A DNA stretch of 64,000 nt from Octopus sinensis (Eukaryota). Positions 30,966-45,243 of the stretch are shown here, piece by piece (within the stretch, counting starts at the first letter, position 1; each line of letters opens with the position of its first letter). The stretch is from positions 14,942,001-15,006,000 of the forward strand of contig NC_043018.1 of assembly GCF_006345805.1 (NCBI RefSeq), given 5' to 3'. Below the pieces are notes generated by a model that was not told the DNA's origin, made no database searches, and saw only the letters and a program-made list of their open reading frames with translations. A program made the position numbers and the translations under genes.

Positions 30966-31872
30966 ATATATGCATATATGTATGTAAATAAGTACGTATG
31001 TGTGTATTTATGTATGTGTATCAAAAGAGGAATTTTGAAAAAATTTTTGGTATTATCAATTGTTTTTCCAATCTCCTGTTTCGATAAGTAATTATTCTGC
31101 AAAGGTATTTCCCAGTATTTTCAACTCTTATGCATACTCCACATAAATATATCACCTACATAACGGATTTGGAATACTGGAATAAGCAGATGTACTTCAA
31201 GAGAACATAGGTTGGATTGTAACCCTATCTACATATTACACACACACACACACATTTATTCTTTATGAATATTTAACAGAAGTAACAGAGTGACACAGAC
31301 TCTGAGAGTTTTGTGCATTGGCACCTTATCTTGTATCTTGAATCACTCTGTTGCTTCTGCTAAATAAATATTAATAAAAATACATATATATACTCATATT
31401 TTGAGTTCTAGTTTTCTTGCTTGCACCAAACATATTCTTTTATTCTTTGATTCTTTGATTCTTTTATTCTTTTATTCTTTTATTCTTTTATTCTTTGGTT
31501 CTTTTATTCTTTTACTTGTTTCAGTCATTTGACTGCAGCCATGTTGGAGCCCCGCTTTTTTGTCGAAGAAATCAACCCCAGGGCTTAGTCTTTGTAAGCT
31601 TGGTACTTATTCTACTGGTCTCTTTGCCAAACTGCTAAGTTACGGGGACATAAACACACCAACATTGGTTGTCAAACGATGGTGGCAAGAGAAAAACACA
31701 GAGACACACATAAATACACACACACACACACATATATGTATGTATATATATATATATACATATATATATATAATATATATATATATATATACATGCATAT
31801 ATATATATATATAATATATATATATGTATATATATATATAGATATATATATATATATATTATATATATATAT

Positions 31873-31913
<41 letters not shown>

Positions 31914-31924
31914 TATATATATAG

Positions 31925-31961
<37 letters not shown>

Positions 31962-31967
31962 ATATAT

Positions 31968-32026
<59 letters not shown>

Positions 32027-32346
32027 AGGCTTCTTTTCAGTTTCTGTTTACCAAATCCATTTACAAGATTTTGGTTGGTCTGAAGCTATAGTAGAAGATA
32101 TTTGCTCAAAGTGCAAATCAGCTGGACTGAACCCGAACCACATGGTTGGGAAGCAAGCCTCTTACTACACAACCATGCTGTGCCTATATATATATAATAT
32201 ATATATATACTTTATTTAAAAGTAGGTTCTGTTATATTTCTGTTGCCTTTAAATAAAGTATAGTGCTCTACCTCTGGTATTTGAGTACTCTTTTTTCCAC
32301 CTTGTTTCATATTTATGTGCTCACTCCGGTATATATATATATATAT

Positions 32347-32680
32347 ATAAATGAAAGAATGGAGTTGAACGACGATTTAACAAAATTCCTTTATTCTCGA
32401 CATATGTTTCGAAGGCTGCATATTCCTAATTTCGAAGGACTAAGGGGTGCATTATGCCGCCTTCTCATCAGGAAAAACAAGGAACTTATGTCAGCATCAA
32501 GATGAACAAAAACTCTTAGATGGCTGCCCACACGGTGTCCATAGCGATAATGAGTGTTTCACTCATTATCGCCATGGGCACCCCTTATTCCTTCGAAATT
32601 AGGAATATGCAGCCTTCGAAACATATGTCGAGAATAAAGGAATTTTGTAAATCGTCGTTCAACTCCATTCTTTCATTTAT
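32347..32680. repeat. Fold-back element: 104/103-bp outer arms plus a 23-bp inner hairpin
   Basis: 32347-32450 pairs with 32578-32680 (1 indel, 1 mismatch); 32534-32556 pairs with 32560-32582. Confidence 0.92.
32394..32476 (-). ncRNA. Type I hammerhead ribozyme motif, canonical core
   Basis: UUUUC-CUGAUGA-GAAGGC..GCCUUC-GAAAC-AUAU-GUC/GAGAA. Stem I 5 bp, stem II 6+5 bp, palindromic helix III ACAUAUGU. Confidence 0.8.
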
Positions 32681-33015
32681 TTGTATTAAAAAAAACACAC
32701 AAATTTCCACACGAAGCACGTGATCTCTGCCCTTGGCATGTAGCTTCAACCGTATTTTTCTGACATGAATTTGCTACCCAGGTACCGGTTAACCGAATTA
32801 TCCATACTAAGATAATTCATTCAACTACTTAAATATATATATATATATTATATATATATACTTACACACATACACGCATACATCTATACATATGTGAATG
32901 TGCATAAGCATATAATGCATACATACATACACACACATATAAATATATATATATGTATATATATGTATATATAAATATACATATATAATATATATATATA
33001 TGTATATATATATAT

Positions 33016-33057
<42 letters not shown>

Positions 33058-33101
33058 ATATACATATATATTATATTATATATATATATATATATATAAC
33101 A

Positions 33102-33135
<34 letters not shown>

Positions 33136-33514
33136 AATATACATATGAATGTACATAAATATACACACACACATACACACCAGAGAGGGCAATCAACTTG
33201 AAACTGATCCAAGAGACTCGTTGGGAACAATGAAAACTTTTCAATTAACTCTTAATGAGTTTTTGTCTCTGACAAAAAAAAAAACAAAAAAACTGAGACC
33301 CTTGCATGAGAAACTGAATAATAATGAAATGAAAGAACCTGTTTTTTTTTAAGGTGGGTGGGAAGTTGGGGGGTGGGGGCTATCAAATGAAAAATAAAAC
33401 AAATAGATAAGAACAAAAACACAGGGAAAAAAAGAGAACATGGAATGAATGGTGAGAGGAGAAAATTTGTGAATGGCATGGTTGGAGGACAGGTTGGTGT
33501 TTTCTTTTTAACAT

Positions 33515-33545
33515 TTTATTTATTTATATTTTTTTTTGTTTTATT
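33515..33545 (-). promoter_or_regulatory. Candidate proximal polyadenylation signals
   Basis: AATAAA on the minus strand at 33545-33540 and 33520-33515, 35-65 nt after the stop. The context is AT-rich, so these may be chance. Confidence 0.3.
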
Positions 33546-33579
33546 TTACTTTTATCGAAAAGAAAACAATTTTTTAGAA

Positions 33580-33768
33580 TCAAACTTTGGATGAATCGGG
33601 CATCAATGGTTTTAAAGAGACTTCGACCACTTTGGGTTCTGTGGAACTGACGCATTTTTGGGACCAAGGTTGAATTTCTCCGGATGCAAAGAGGAAGTAG
33701 AAGATGGCACCAAAAATATAAACGGCCGCCGAGATGTAGAAGACAACTTGCCATTCCTCTTGGGTTCC
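33580..33768 (-). CDS. SLC17A5-like: SLC17 last coding exon ([35 protein letters not shown]...DSSKV*)
   Basis: Acceptor ttgcag; TGA at 33582-33580. Confidence 0.95.
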   Translation of the reverse strand, partial: GTQEEWQVVFYISAAVYIFGAIFYFLFASGEIQPWSQKCVSSTEPKVVEVSLKPLMPDSSKV

Positions 33769-34838
33769 CTGCAACACAAAAAGGATACAACGGAAATTAT
33801 TAAATGCTAATTAATTAATTATCTAATTAATTATTTAATGTGGTGTTACTTTTTTACTCTTTTACTTGTTTCAGTCATGTGACTGTGGCCATGCTGGAGC
33901 ACCGCCTTTAGTCAAGCAAATCGACCCCAGGACTTATTCTTTGTAAGCTTAGTACTTATTCTATCGGTCTCTTTTGCCGAACCGCTAAGTTATGGGGGTG
34001 TAAACACACCAGCATAAACCAATCATGGTGAGCCTCTGGGCAGTCACTTCACTGGCTAGAAATAGCAGTCAAATTTCTCATAAAACACCGGCCACTATTT
34101 TTGAAAAAAAAGCAATGCGAACCACATATATATGGGTAAAAAGTAGTGATGGTCATAGGTGGAATGTCTTTCACCTCATGATGAAGGCTAACAAAAAAAA
34201 GAAAAGAAAGAAAAATGGAGTAATACTTACATTTGGAGTGACAGCTGCTGTTACTAATGGTGAAATGAAGCCAGTGATGGCAGCAAGGGAGTTTGATATT
34301 CCAAACAATATTCCTGCAACTGGGGGAGCAATATCCACGTGGTTCACAATAAAACCACTGTACTGAAGCCCAGTCAATGAGACAGCCAATGTGAGGAGAC
34401 CAACCGCAAGGTAAGGTCTCCGACAGTCCATGTAGCCAAGGCCAATTAAAAGGATTGCAGGAATAATTTTGCCTGGAATTAAAGACAAAAACAGATAAAA
34501 AATGATTTACACAAAAATTCAACAACAACAACAAAAAAAGAAAAATATTTGTAAATTTTGTGGCTATTCTTGGTTCATTCTAGGTTACTGAAACAGGCTT
34601 TCCAAATGTGGCCATCCTGTCTGTTTCTTTTTTCAGATTTAAGTATCATGTAACATTTCCTGATGTGTCCTTTTTTTTTAAAAGACGGTTGATGTGATTC
34701 AAAGAAGACTTTACTACTATTTCTAGCAAGTCAAAAGACCATATAGAAGCCCCCTCCATCTCTTTTGCAGCCTTTTTCACTGATATACAGATGGGATGGT
34801 CATGGCTCGATTGGTCTTGATCACATGGTGACTACAGC

Positions 34839-34875
<37 letters not shown>

Positions 34876-37800
34876 GCAGCAGCAGCAGCAGCAACAACCA
34901 CCACCACCACCACCGCCACTACTACTACTACAGTTAACTGAAAACAAAGTTGCGTTTCCTGCAAGAAATAGCAGCTAAATCTCTCTTAATTCACACTACC
35001 ATCTTTAAAAAAAATGAAGTATATTAGATAACCTCGGATTAAACAATTTAATCCTGTAATTAATCCTGGATCATCTAATATGGATGCAGCATGGCTGAGT
35101 GGTTAAATAGCTGGTTTCATAATCAGGAATCCTGGGTTCAATCTCACGTACCTGGGCAGTGGAGTGGCAGGATACCTGGGTAACTAGGAGACAAGGTGCC
35201 TGAGAGGCAGGGTAGCTGGGTGCCCAGGTGGCCGTGTACCTGGATGTCTGGGTGCCATGTACCACAGTCGTGGATCAACCCAACTTTGTGAGTGAAAGTG
35301 GTTTAATGGAAACTGTGAGGAAGCTTCTAGAAAGGATTGTACCAATATTTAAAAGGTTCAACTTTGTCACACATTGTGGCATGCATTGTGTTACACTGAT
35401 TCCAAATGGGGATTATGTTAAGAGGAAACATGTCTGTGGTATACTCATCCAGTTAAATGTCAATTTGATGAGTTTGTTGTTCAGATGCTTAAATAACTGA
35501 ATATCCCTTGTTGAAAGTAATGAAGGTTCCATTCTTTACTTGAAGGGTTGGTCACTATCTTTGGTCCCAGGTGAACTAACTAGAGATGGTTTGGGGTCAA
35601 ATAACAACAACAAGTCTCAGGTGATAATTGTTACCTGTAGCATCAAAAGACCTCCTTGTCCAGGTTGTGTTGAGATAGTTCTTCTTTCGCACGAAGTCAG
35701 CAAGAACAGCAAAAACGTTGATAAGAATCCAAAGACCAATATAGGGTAAAGCTGATGCCAGACCATTCTGCAATGCAAGAATTACAGAAATATAAGTTGT
35801 CAGAATTGCCAAAAAAAATATTTTTATGACTTCAGAGAAAACTATTTCAAATGAAATGATGAATATTCCAGTTTTGGGAAAAAAAATGAAGAAATGATTC
35901 ACTTGTTCTTGTTTCAAGGTAAGTCATAATTAGTTAACGAACTGCTGTGTCAGTGGATGTCTAAAGACTATGAAGAAATATTTATTTAATTCCAGGAGTG
36001 GTTGTGTGGTAAGTAGCTTGCTAACCAACCACATGGTTCCGGGTTCAGTCCCACTGAGTGGCATCTTGGGCAAGTGTCTTCTGCTATAGCCCCGGACCGA
36101 CCAGTGCCTTGTGAGTGGATTTGGTAGACGGAAACTGAAAGAAGCCTGTCGTATATATGTATATATATATATGTATGTGTGTGTTTATCCCCCTAGCATT
36201 GCTTGACAACCAATGCTGGTGTGTTTACGTCCCCGTTACTTAGCGGTTCGGCAAAAGAGACCGACAGAATAAGTACTGGGCTTACAAAGAATAAGTCCTG
36301 GGGTCGATTTGCTCGACTACAGGCGGTGCTCCAGTATGGCCGCAGTCAAATGACTGAAACAAGTAAAAGAGTAAAAGAGAGTAATTTATCATTGGTTTCT
36401 AAAAAAGGAAACCTGTATTTATCTAATGAAATTGGAAAACATTGGTGTCTTTGAAAAGTGTATAACACTTGCCAGGCTGGAAAGTGGACTTTAAATGATG
36501 ATGATGATGAATGACAGCTGACATAGTTATGTTTGCACTCTATGCTAATGGGTGGAAACTGGTTGCTTATCTCATAAAAACACAACCAAACAGATTAAAT
36601 CTGCAAATAATGTTATTGTCTGTGTTAGAGAAAACGGTTGGCTGGGTAATAATTTGGGAGGAAAGTAGAATTATTTGTAATTATTACGATGGTGTTCTAC
36701 TAAAATAATAATTGATGCTTATACAGCATTCCTTTTATGGCCATCACACAGATGTGATAAATGAAAAATAATAGCATCAGCATAATAGGGGACTTGTCAT
36801 CATTCCTGGTGGGGTTTTAGAAATATTTTACAACCACAAAATATTTATATGGTAGCATGTAAAACATCAGTGGAGGCACATGGCCTAGTGGTTAGAGCAG
36901 TGGACTTGCGGTCGAGGGAATGCGGGTTCGAATCTCAGACCGGGCGATGTGTGTGTTTATGAGTGAAACACCTAAGCTCCTCGCGGTTCTGACAGAAGGT
37001 AATGGCAAACTTCTGCTGACTCTTTTGCCACAACTTTCTCTCACTCTTTCCTCCTGCATCTGGTAGCTCACCTGTGACAGACCGGCATCTCGTCCAGGTA
37101 GTGAACCTATATGCCAAGGAAATCGGGAAACCGGCCCTTATGAGCCAGGCATAGCTCACATACGCATATCTATATATGTATAAGTGCATGTGTATATGTA
37201 TGTGTCTGTGTATATGCATGCATGTATGAAATAAAATCTCCATAGAGGAGATGAATGGTGAACTTACAGCCGCTATGTCGAACTTTAAGACTTCTTTCAT
37301 ATAGGTTGGTATCCCTGTGAGAAGGGTGTAGACTCCCCAATCAGCTGAGATGTTGCTGACAATAATGGCATAGACTGGCATTGAAGTGAACATTGACAAC
37401 CAAGGAACTTTCACTTTCTGAAACAAATGAAATCATTTCAATTAGAATCGGATGTTTAACCCTTTCGTTACTGTATTTATTTTGAGATGCTCTGTGTTTC
37501 TTTCAATTACTTTGGATATAACAAAGAATTTAGTAAAACAACTTAGTTATCATTCAGCTAGTGTTAGGAACATAAATTGTGACTAAAATTTGGTGCTCTG
37601 TGTTTCTTTCAATTACTTTAAATATAACAAAGAATTTAGTAAAACAACTTAGTTATCATTCAGCTAGTGTTAGGAACATAAATTGTGACTAATTGGTGCT
37701 GGTTTCTTTCAATACTTTAATATAACAAACAAGAATTTAGTTAAAAACAACTTAGTTATCATTCAGCTAGTGTTAGGAACATAAATTGTGACTAAAATTG

Positions 37801-40800
37801 GTGCTCTGTGTTCTTTCAATACTTTAAATATAACAAAGAATTTAGTAAAATAACTTAGTTATCATTCAGCTAGTGTTAGGAACATAAATTGTGACTAAAA
37901 TTTGGTGCTCTGTGTTTCTTTAATTACTTTAAATATAACAAAGAAAGAATTTAGTAAAACAACTTAGTTATCATTCAGCTAGTGTTAGGACATAAATTGA
38001 CTAAAATTTGGTGCTCTGTGTTTCTTTCAATTACTTTAAATATAACAAGAATTTAGTAAAACAAACTGAGTTATCATCAGCTAGTGTAGAACATATAAAT
38101 TGTGACTAAAATTTGGGGCCTGTGTTTTCTTTCAATTACTTTAAATATAACAAAGAATTTAGTAAAATAACTTAGTTATCATTCAGCTGTGTTAGGAACA
38201 TAAATTGTGACTAAAATTTGGTGCTCTGTGTTTCTTTCAATTACTTTAAATATAACAAAGAATTTAGTAAAACAACTTAGTTATCATTCAGCTAGTGTTA
38301 GGAACATAAATTGTGACTAAAATTTGGTGCTCTGTGTTTCTTTCAATTACTTTAAATATAACAAAGAATTTAGTAAAACAACTTAGTTATCATTCAGCTA
38401 GTGTTAGGAACATAAATTGTGACTAAAATTTGGTGCTCTGTGTTTCTTTCAATTACTTTAAATATAACAAAGAATTTAGTAAAATAACTTAGTTATCATT
38501 CAGCTAGTGTTAGGAACATAAATTGTGACTAAGGTTTGGCGGAAGATTTTAATTCAAAACTTATGAAAACAAAACATTTGTATGATGGAGCCAGAGCTGG
38601 GTTTCTGCCGGGTTGGTAACGAAAGGGTTAAGGGATTGCAATACATTTGTGTTGTATTTGTGTATTTGTGGTATTGCTATTTGTAGATTTTATTGGTTAT
38701 GTTTGAATTGTGTTGAAACAAGAATTAATGACGACTCAGTCAACAACAGCAGAGAAAGATCAAAATAATCCATTGAAGAACTTCTTCTCTGAATCCTATT
38801 TTGTATTAAATCTAATTTTGATTCAAACATCTTTTTCTCTTCCATTTTTCTATGATTGTTTATTGTATATTTATACTTATAACAATATTTTTCAACTAAA
38901 TATATATATATACATATATATTTTAATACCGCATCGACTGGCCTCCGTGCTGTGGGCACGTAACAAACACCATCCGAGCGTGGCCGTTCGCCAGCCTCGT
39001 CTGGCACCTGTCTCGGTGGCACATAAAAAACACCATCCGAGCGTGGCTGTCTGCCAGCCTCGTCTGGCACCTGTGTCGGTGGCACATAAAATCACCCACT
39101 ACACTCTCGGAGTGGTTGGCATTAGGAAGGGCATCCAGCTATAGAAACACTGCCAGATCTGACTGGTCTGGTGCAGCCTTCGGGCTTGGCAGACCCCAGT
39201 TGAACCGTCCAACCCATGCTAGCATGGAAAGCGGACGTTAAACGATGATGATGATGATGATGATGATGATATTTTAACTATCTCAGTGTATTTTCAACTT
39301 CTATTTTATGTGTGTGTGTGTGTGTGTGTGCAGGTGCAGGAGTGGCTGTGTGGTGAGTAGCTTGCTAACCAACCACATGGTTCCGGGTTCAGTCCCACTG
39401 TGTGGCATCTTGGGCAAGTGTCTTCTGCTATAGCCCCAGGCCGACCAAAGCATTGTGAGTGGATTTGGTAGACGGAAACTGAAAGAAGCCTGTCGTATAT
39501 ATGTATGTGTGTGTGTCTGTGTTTGTCCCCCTAGCATTGCTTGACAACTGATGCTGGTGTGTTTACGTCCCCGTCACTTAGTGGTTCGGCAAAAGAGACC
39601 GATAGAATAAGTACTGGGTTTACAAAGAATAAGTTCCGGGGTCGATTTGCTCGACTAAAGGCGGTGCTCCAGCATGGCCGCAGTCAAATGACTGAAACCA
39701 GTAAAAGAGTAAAAGAGTATATATATATATGTGTGTGTGTGCGTTCCAAAAGCTTTGCGATTTTTTTAGGTGTGGCAGTTATAAATGTCCCAGATTATTA
39801 TAATTTAGTATATCATTACGATACGTTGAATTAGCTGACCTGTTAACTTTTGCTATTCAGGCTGAAGGAGATGACTGCATCAGCATTTTGAATGCTGTCT
39901 GTTATAGCAAACTGGTTTGTAGAATGCAGTCTGCACATTTGAGTGAACTGGAGCAATGTGAAATAGAGTGTCTTGCTCAAGAACACAACACACAGCCCGG
40001 TCCGGGATTTCAGCTCACAACCTCACGATCGTAAACTTGATGCTCTAACCACTGAGCCATGCACTTTCATACACACACACATATAAAATAGAAGTTGAAA
40101 ATACACTGAGATAGTTAAAATATTTTTTATTGATGTTTCCCTGTATACACTGATTTTAAAAAGTTGAGATAGAAAGACGTGGCTTATATTGCAGCTGTCT
40201 TGCTTCTGACTAGTATTTGAAGCTTGCCCTATTTTTATAGGGAGTACATGGATCCAATTAGTATCTGTTTTGGATAGGACTTGATTGGTAGGGGATAGTC
40301 ACTTGACTGGCTTTAGAAATTTCTGTAGGTTCCCCACTATGTCCCTTTGTTAAGTGACAATACTTAATTTGGTAAGTTAAGGCTGACACGGCTGAGTGAA
40401 CATATCTAGTTGACTGTACCAAACAATCAATGCTCTGAATGTTTTCTGTCAAGTGTAGTAGAGAATGATTGAGTTTAGAACCCTTTGAACGTTTCCGGCT
40501 GCATCTGTGCATTAGTGTCACGTGACAGTATATTTTGTGCCGAAAATTAAGGCCAACATGGTGTGTGAACATGTTTAACCCATTAGCATTTAAACTGGCC
40601 ATATCCAGCGAAAAGTATTCTGCCTGTTTTATGTTCAAACTGGCCAGATCTGGTCTCTCAGACCAACCCTACAATATCATTTTAAAAATTAACAGCTACC
40701 TCATCAAAATCTCATAGCTACAAGATAATGCATGATTGGTTCAAAACAATGTGGATAAAAAAGGATTAATTTTGGCAGAATAATGCAAACACTAAAGGGT

Positions 40801-42375
40801 TAGTTACAGTGAAGGCACTCTAAATTTAATTTGCCAAGTGGGGGAGTGGACAGGGGTCGTTTGTGTGTAGTCCAGTGGCTAAAGTTTAGGTTGTTAGCTG
40901 TGTAGGTTCCACAGGTTAAGTAGCAGAATGAATTTTTTGTGTGAATAGTTATTTGTGTATGTATTCTGCTATGTTCTTGATTTGTTTTTTGGATGAATGT
41001 ATTTTCTTTGTTTATCTATACTTCATCTGTGGTATTCACTGAACAAAGGTAGAGTGGGAAGATCTGGAATTTGGGGGACTTATTTTTTTGCACATACGTC
41101 TATGTGTCCACTCAGTGGAATCTGTCTTGTATTGGGGTCTTGTATTTGTTGTGAGTGAATGGTCAGTATGCATGTATAAATATGTGTGTGTATATATGTA
41201 TATGTACATATATGTGTTGTGTGTGTGTGTGTGTGTGTGTGTGTATCTCTCTATCACTAGCCACTAGACACATTTTTTTTTCTCCTTGTTTCTTTCTGTG
41301 TTCCTTTCTGTGCAAGAGCGTAGGCTTGAAACATTAAAGACTTTTTCAATTCCCGAGCATTATACTAACAAATCTGTTAGTTTTCTACACCACCTGTCTT
41401 CATTTTTTGTTTTTTTGTGAATTCTCCCTATATGTATATATATATATATATAAGTCCAAATCATGCCAACATGGAAAACAGATATATTATATATATATAT
41501 ATATGTATATACATATATATGACATATATATGTATGTATTTATATATATGAGTATACAAGTATGTGTATACATGTGAGTGTATATATATCATCATTAAAA
41601 TCTAGCAGAAAATGGACGTCAAATGTTGATGATGATACACACACACACACATGATTACATATATTTAGTATACACACACACACACACACGTTTGTATTGG
41701 TGTAATGAAGTAGGAAGGCATAATCAATGTCAAATAGTTTTTAGTGTTTTGATCTGTGTTCTTTATGCCCCTATAGTACTGGGTGGACTTTGCCATCTCT
41801 CCTCCTTTGTGGTCATTAAACAAGCATCAGACAAAATATTAGGTTAATATTAATATAATTAGCTAAAGCTAATTAAACACTGAGCTCCAACAGGGTTCCA
41901 AGTCTAAAGACTGTATTCACAATAAAATAACAAACGAATAAAGGAATAAAAGAATAAAAGAATAAAAGATTAAGGGAATAAAAGAATAAAAGAATAAAAG
42001 AATAAAAGATTAAGGGAATAAAAGAACAAAAGAATAAAAGAATAAAAGATTAAGGGAATAAAAGAATAAAAGAATACCGTGTGTTCATCAAAGACATCTG
42101 ATTTTAAACTGGTGACAATATAATCTCTCTCAATTTTACTGATCCGTTTGTGTTGAGATGGAGTGTCGGTAACGAGGAACAACCAAACCAGGGCCCATAA
42201 TAAAGCCACCACACCTGTTTCGAAAGACAACATATATATTTTGGAATTTGTACAAATGTTACCGGTTGTGAGATTTAATTAATCCTTAATCCTTCTATCA
42301 CCACCACCACCACCACCACCACCACCACCACCACCACCACCACCACCACCACCACCACCATCATCATCGTCGTCG

Positions 42376-42435
<60 letters not shown>

Positions 42436-45182
42436 GCATCATCATCATCATCGTCATCATCATCATTACCACCACCACCACCACCACCGATCCCCCCACC
42501 ACCACCACCATCATTTAATGTCTATTTTCCATGCTGGCATTGTTTGGATGGTTTGGCAGGAGCTGGCCAACCGTAGAGCAGCCTAAGTTCCAGTGGTCAG
42601 TTTTGGCATGGTCTCTATGGCTGGATGCCTAACCCTAACAACCAAGCGCTTCACAGAGTGTACCCGGTGCTTTTGATGTGCCACTGGCATGGGCTCCTTT
42701 GCACGCTTTTACATGGCACCAGTACAAGTGCTTTTATGTAGCAATGTCACGGGTGCTTTCATGTAGAACTGGCACAGGTGCTGTTTACATGACACTAACA
42801 CCCACAAGACCTCAAGGCAAGGCCCTCTCAGCTGAGAGATCCTTTACATTCAGAGTTCAAATTCAGCTGACATCAACTACAGCTTCTATAATTCTGGGGT
42901 TATTCGGTAAGTACCAGTAAAATACAGGGATCAGTTTAGTTGACTGTCCTTTCTACCCCCTATTTATAGTTGTGGGATTCTGTTAAAATGCTATTTTACT
43001 TTCCTTTATATTCTGAGTTTGAATCGTACCAAGGTCACTTAAGCCCTTTTATTCTTTGGTAGTTGCTGAAATGCTACCAGTGAAATATGAGGATTGATTT
43101 CATCAACCAAGCACCCCACTCCACTAGGAATGGTGGCCATATACCAATAATATAGGCCTACAACTGTAAATACTATTTAAAACCATCAGGTTAATCACCA
43201 TATTTTAATCTCAGGAATCAATGATAATGATGACGATTCTGTGATGTAATTAATATAAGAAGCATACACTGATGCATACCAGTAATTGCACATGTCCCTA
43301 ATTAAAATCAGGCTCTGCATCCAATGAGATAGCAAGGAAATGCTTATGAAAGATTAAGTTTTGAAGAAATTTGTGATTGAATTTTCCAGGTTCAAAGAAC
43401 TCTTAAGAATTACAAGTTAATGAAACCTTTGTCAGGTCTGGTACTTCTTCCAGTGAAGCGCTCTTATGTAGCAATGGTATTTACTTTATTAAATAAATTA
43501 TTTAGAATCATAGAAGAGCAGAAGTGATGAGGGATGTGTTTCCATCCACCTCTCACCAGACACCTAATACTGTACCATTTCAACCAGCTGTGTTGATGGT
43601 GAGAGCCATGGATTTTAATGGAGCTACCTTTCAACACCAAGGGACAACCCTCCACTTTCCAAACCAATCGCTGTCAATCTCTGTCAATCTCTGTCAATCA
43701 CTGTCAATCTCTGTCAATCACTGTCAATCACTGTCAATCAACTCACATGAAAATGGTTAGAACCTCATTTGTAGAAGGCAGTAAAAAAGGGACAGACTTA
43801 CCAAAAATATAAAACACTGAGGACCAACCATCACCAAAACCATATTCACAAAGTAATGCTGATATTGGGAAGGTTACGACATTTCCAAGAAATGTTCCTG
43901 AAACAGAGAACCATTAGCAAGAATTAGACAAAAGAAAAATTAAAATGAAATTTTAAAAATCCCAAACATTTTTTTTTTAAATGAGGAGAATCAAAGAATT
44001 TCTTTTTTTACCATTTTTTAAAATTAGCAGTTGTTTAATTCCATTTGATCCTTGATCAATAAGATCAATGAACAATGGTGATTGTTTAAGTTGTGATTGT
44101 CTTGTATCTGGAACTAAATTACTTTGTATAATGGGGTCATTACTTAGGATTGTTGGATGAGATTTGAGGGAGATTAGGCTGCTGTTTCTAGCAGGTTTCT
44201 TGAAGTGTACAACAAAATGAATGGAACAGCTTTTTGAACTTTCGACCAGACGAACAGGAGTTGACTTTAACTTTTAGCCATTGTGTTTCATAAAATTGAT
44301 TTCCATATTTCATGTACATTGTCATTACAAGGCGCCATCTGGAGTTCATTTCTTTATATTATTTATTGTTAGATCTTTAGTCATCAACCAGTTTTGATTA
44401 AAGAAATATTCAATAGAAGGAGACTCTGTGCGACAGCTTGACCTGCAGCAAATAGCAGCCATGTCTTCCTCAAATCATCTCCAACCATCTTAACAAACAA
44501 GGATCAGATTAAATAGATGTAGTTGTAGATATTCCATCATGGGTTCATCCCATCTTAATTTATCTGGAAGCCAGACAAAAACAACAACAACAACAACAAC
44601 AACAATAACACAACAACAACAACAATAACAACAACAACAACACAACAACAACAACAACAACAACAACGACAATGACAACAACAATTATAGACAACAGACT
44701 TCTTCTTCAGTGTTAATTAGGAAACTTTAATACATTGAAACAGCATTTGTCTGGTGATAGATTTTTTTTTCTTTCTAATAAATCAACTGAAAGTTTAACA
44801 TCTGTTGTAGGGGAAGTATTTGGATACGAAACAGAAATGTTACGCTGTTAGTTGTAATATATATCAACAACTGTTGCTTTACTTTTAAAACTTTGCTGTC
44901 AACTTCTTCGCTAAGATTGATAACTAAATTAATTACTTTGTTCATCATTCATGACAAATGATTATTATTCTCTGGAATGTCTAATTTGGCAAAGTTTTGA
45001 AAATTTCACCAACGTAGGAGTGGCTGTGTGGTAAGTAGCTTGCTTACGAACTACATGGTTCTGGGTTCAGTCCCACTGCGTGGCACATTGGGTTAGTGTC
45101 TTCTACTATAGCCTCGAGCTGACGAAAGCCTTGTAAGTGAATTTGGTAGCCAGAAACTGAAAGAAGCCCATCGTATATATGC

Positions 45183-45243
<61 letters not shown>

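Noticed and set aside
33180-33215. GAAACTGATC, possibly a decayed GAAACCGGTC
   Set aside because: No intact core or stem I upstream
37488-38532. Possible CRISPR array
   Set aside because: Contiguous 106-bp units, no spacers, eukaryotic MITE context
43464-43667. GGWKH ORF as the missing GGW exon
   Set aside because: The real exon is 43802-43897, with correct splice sites and phases
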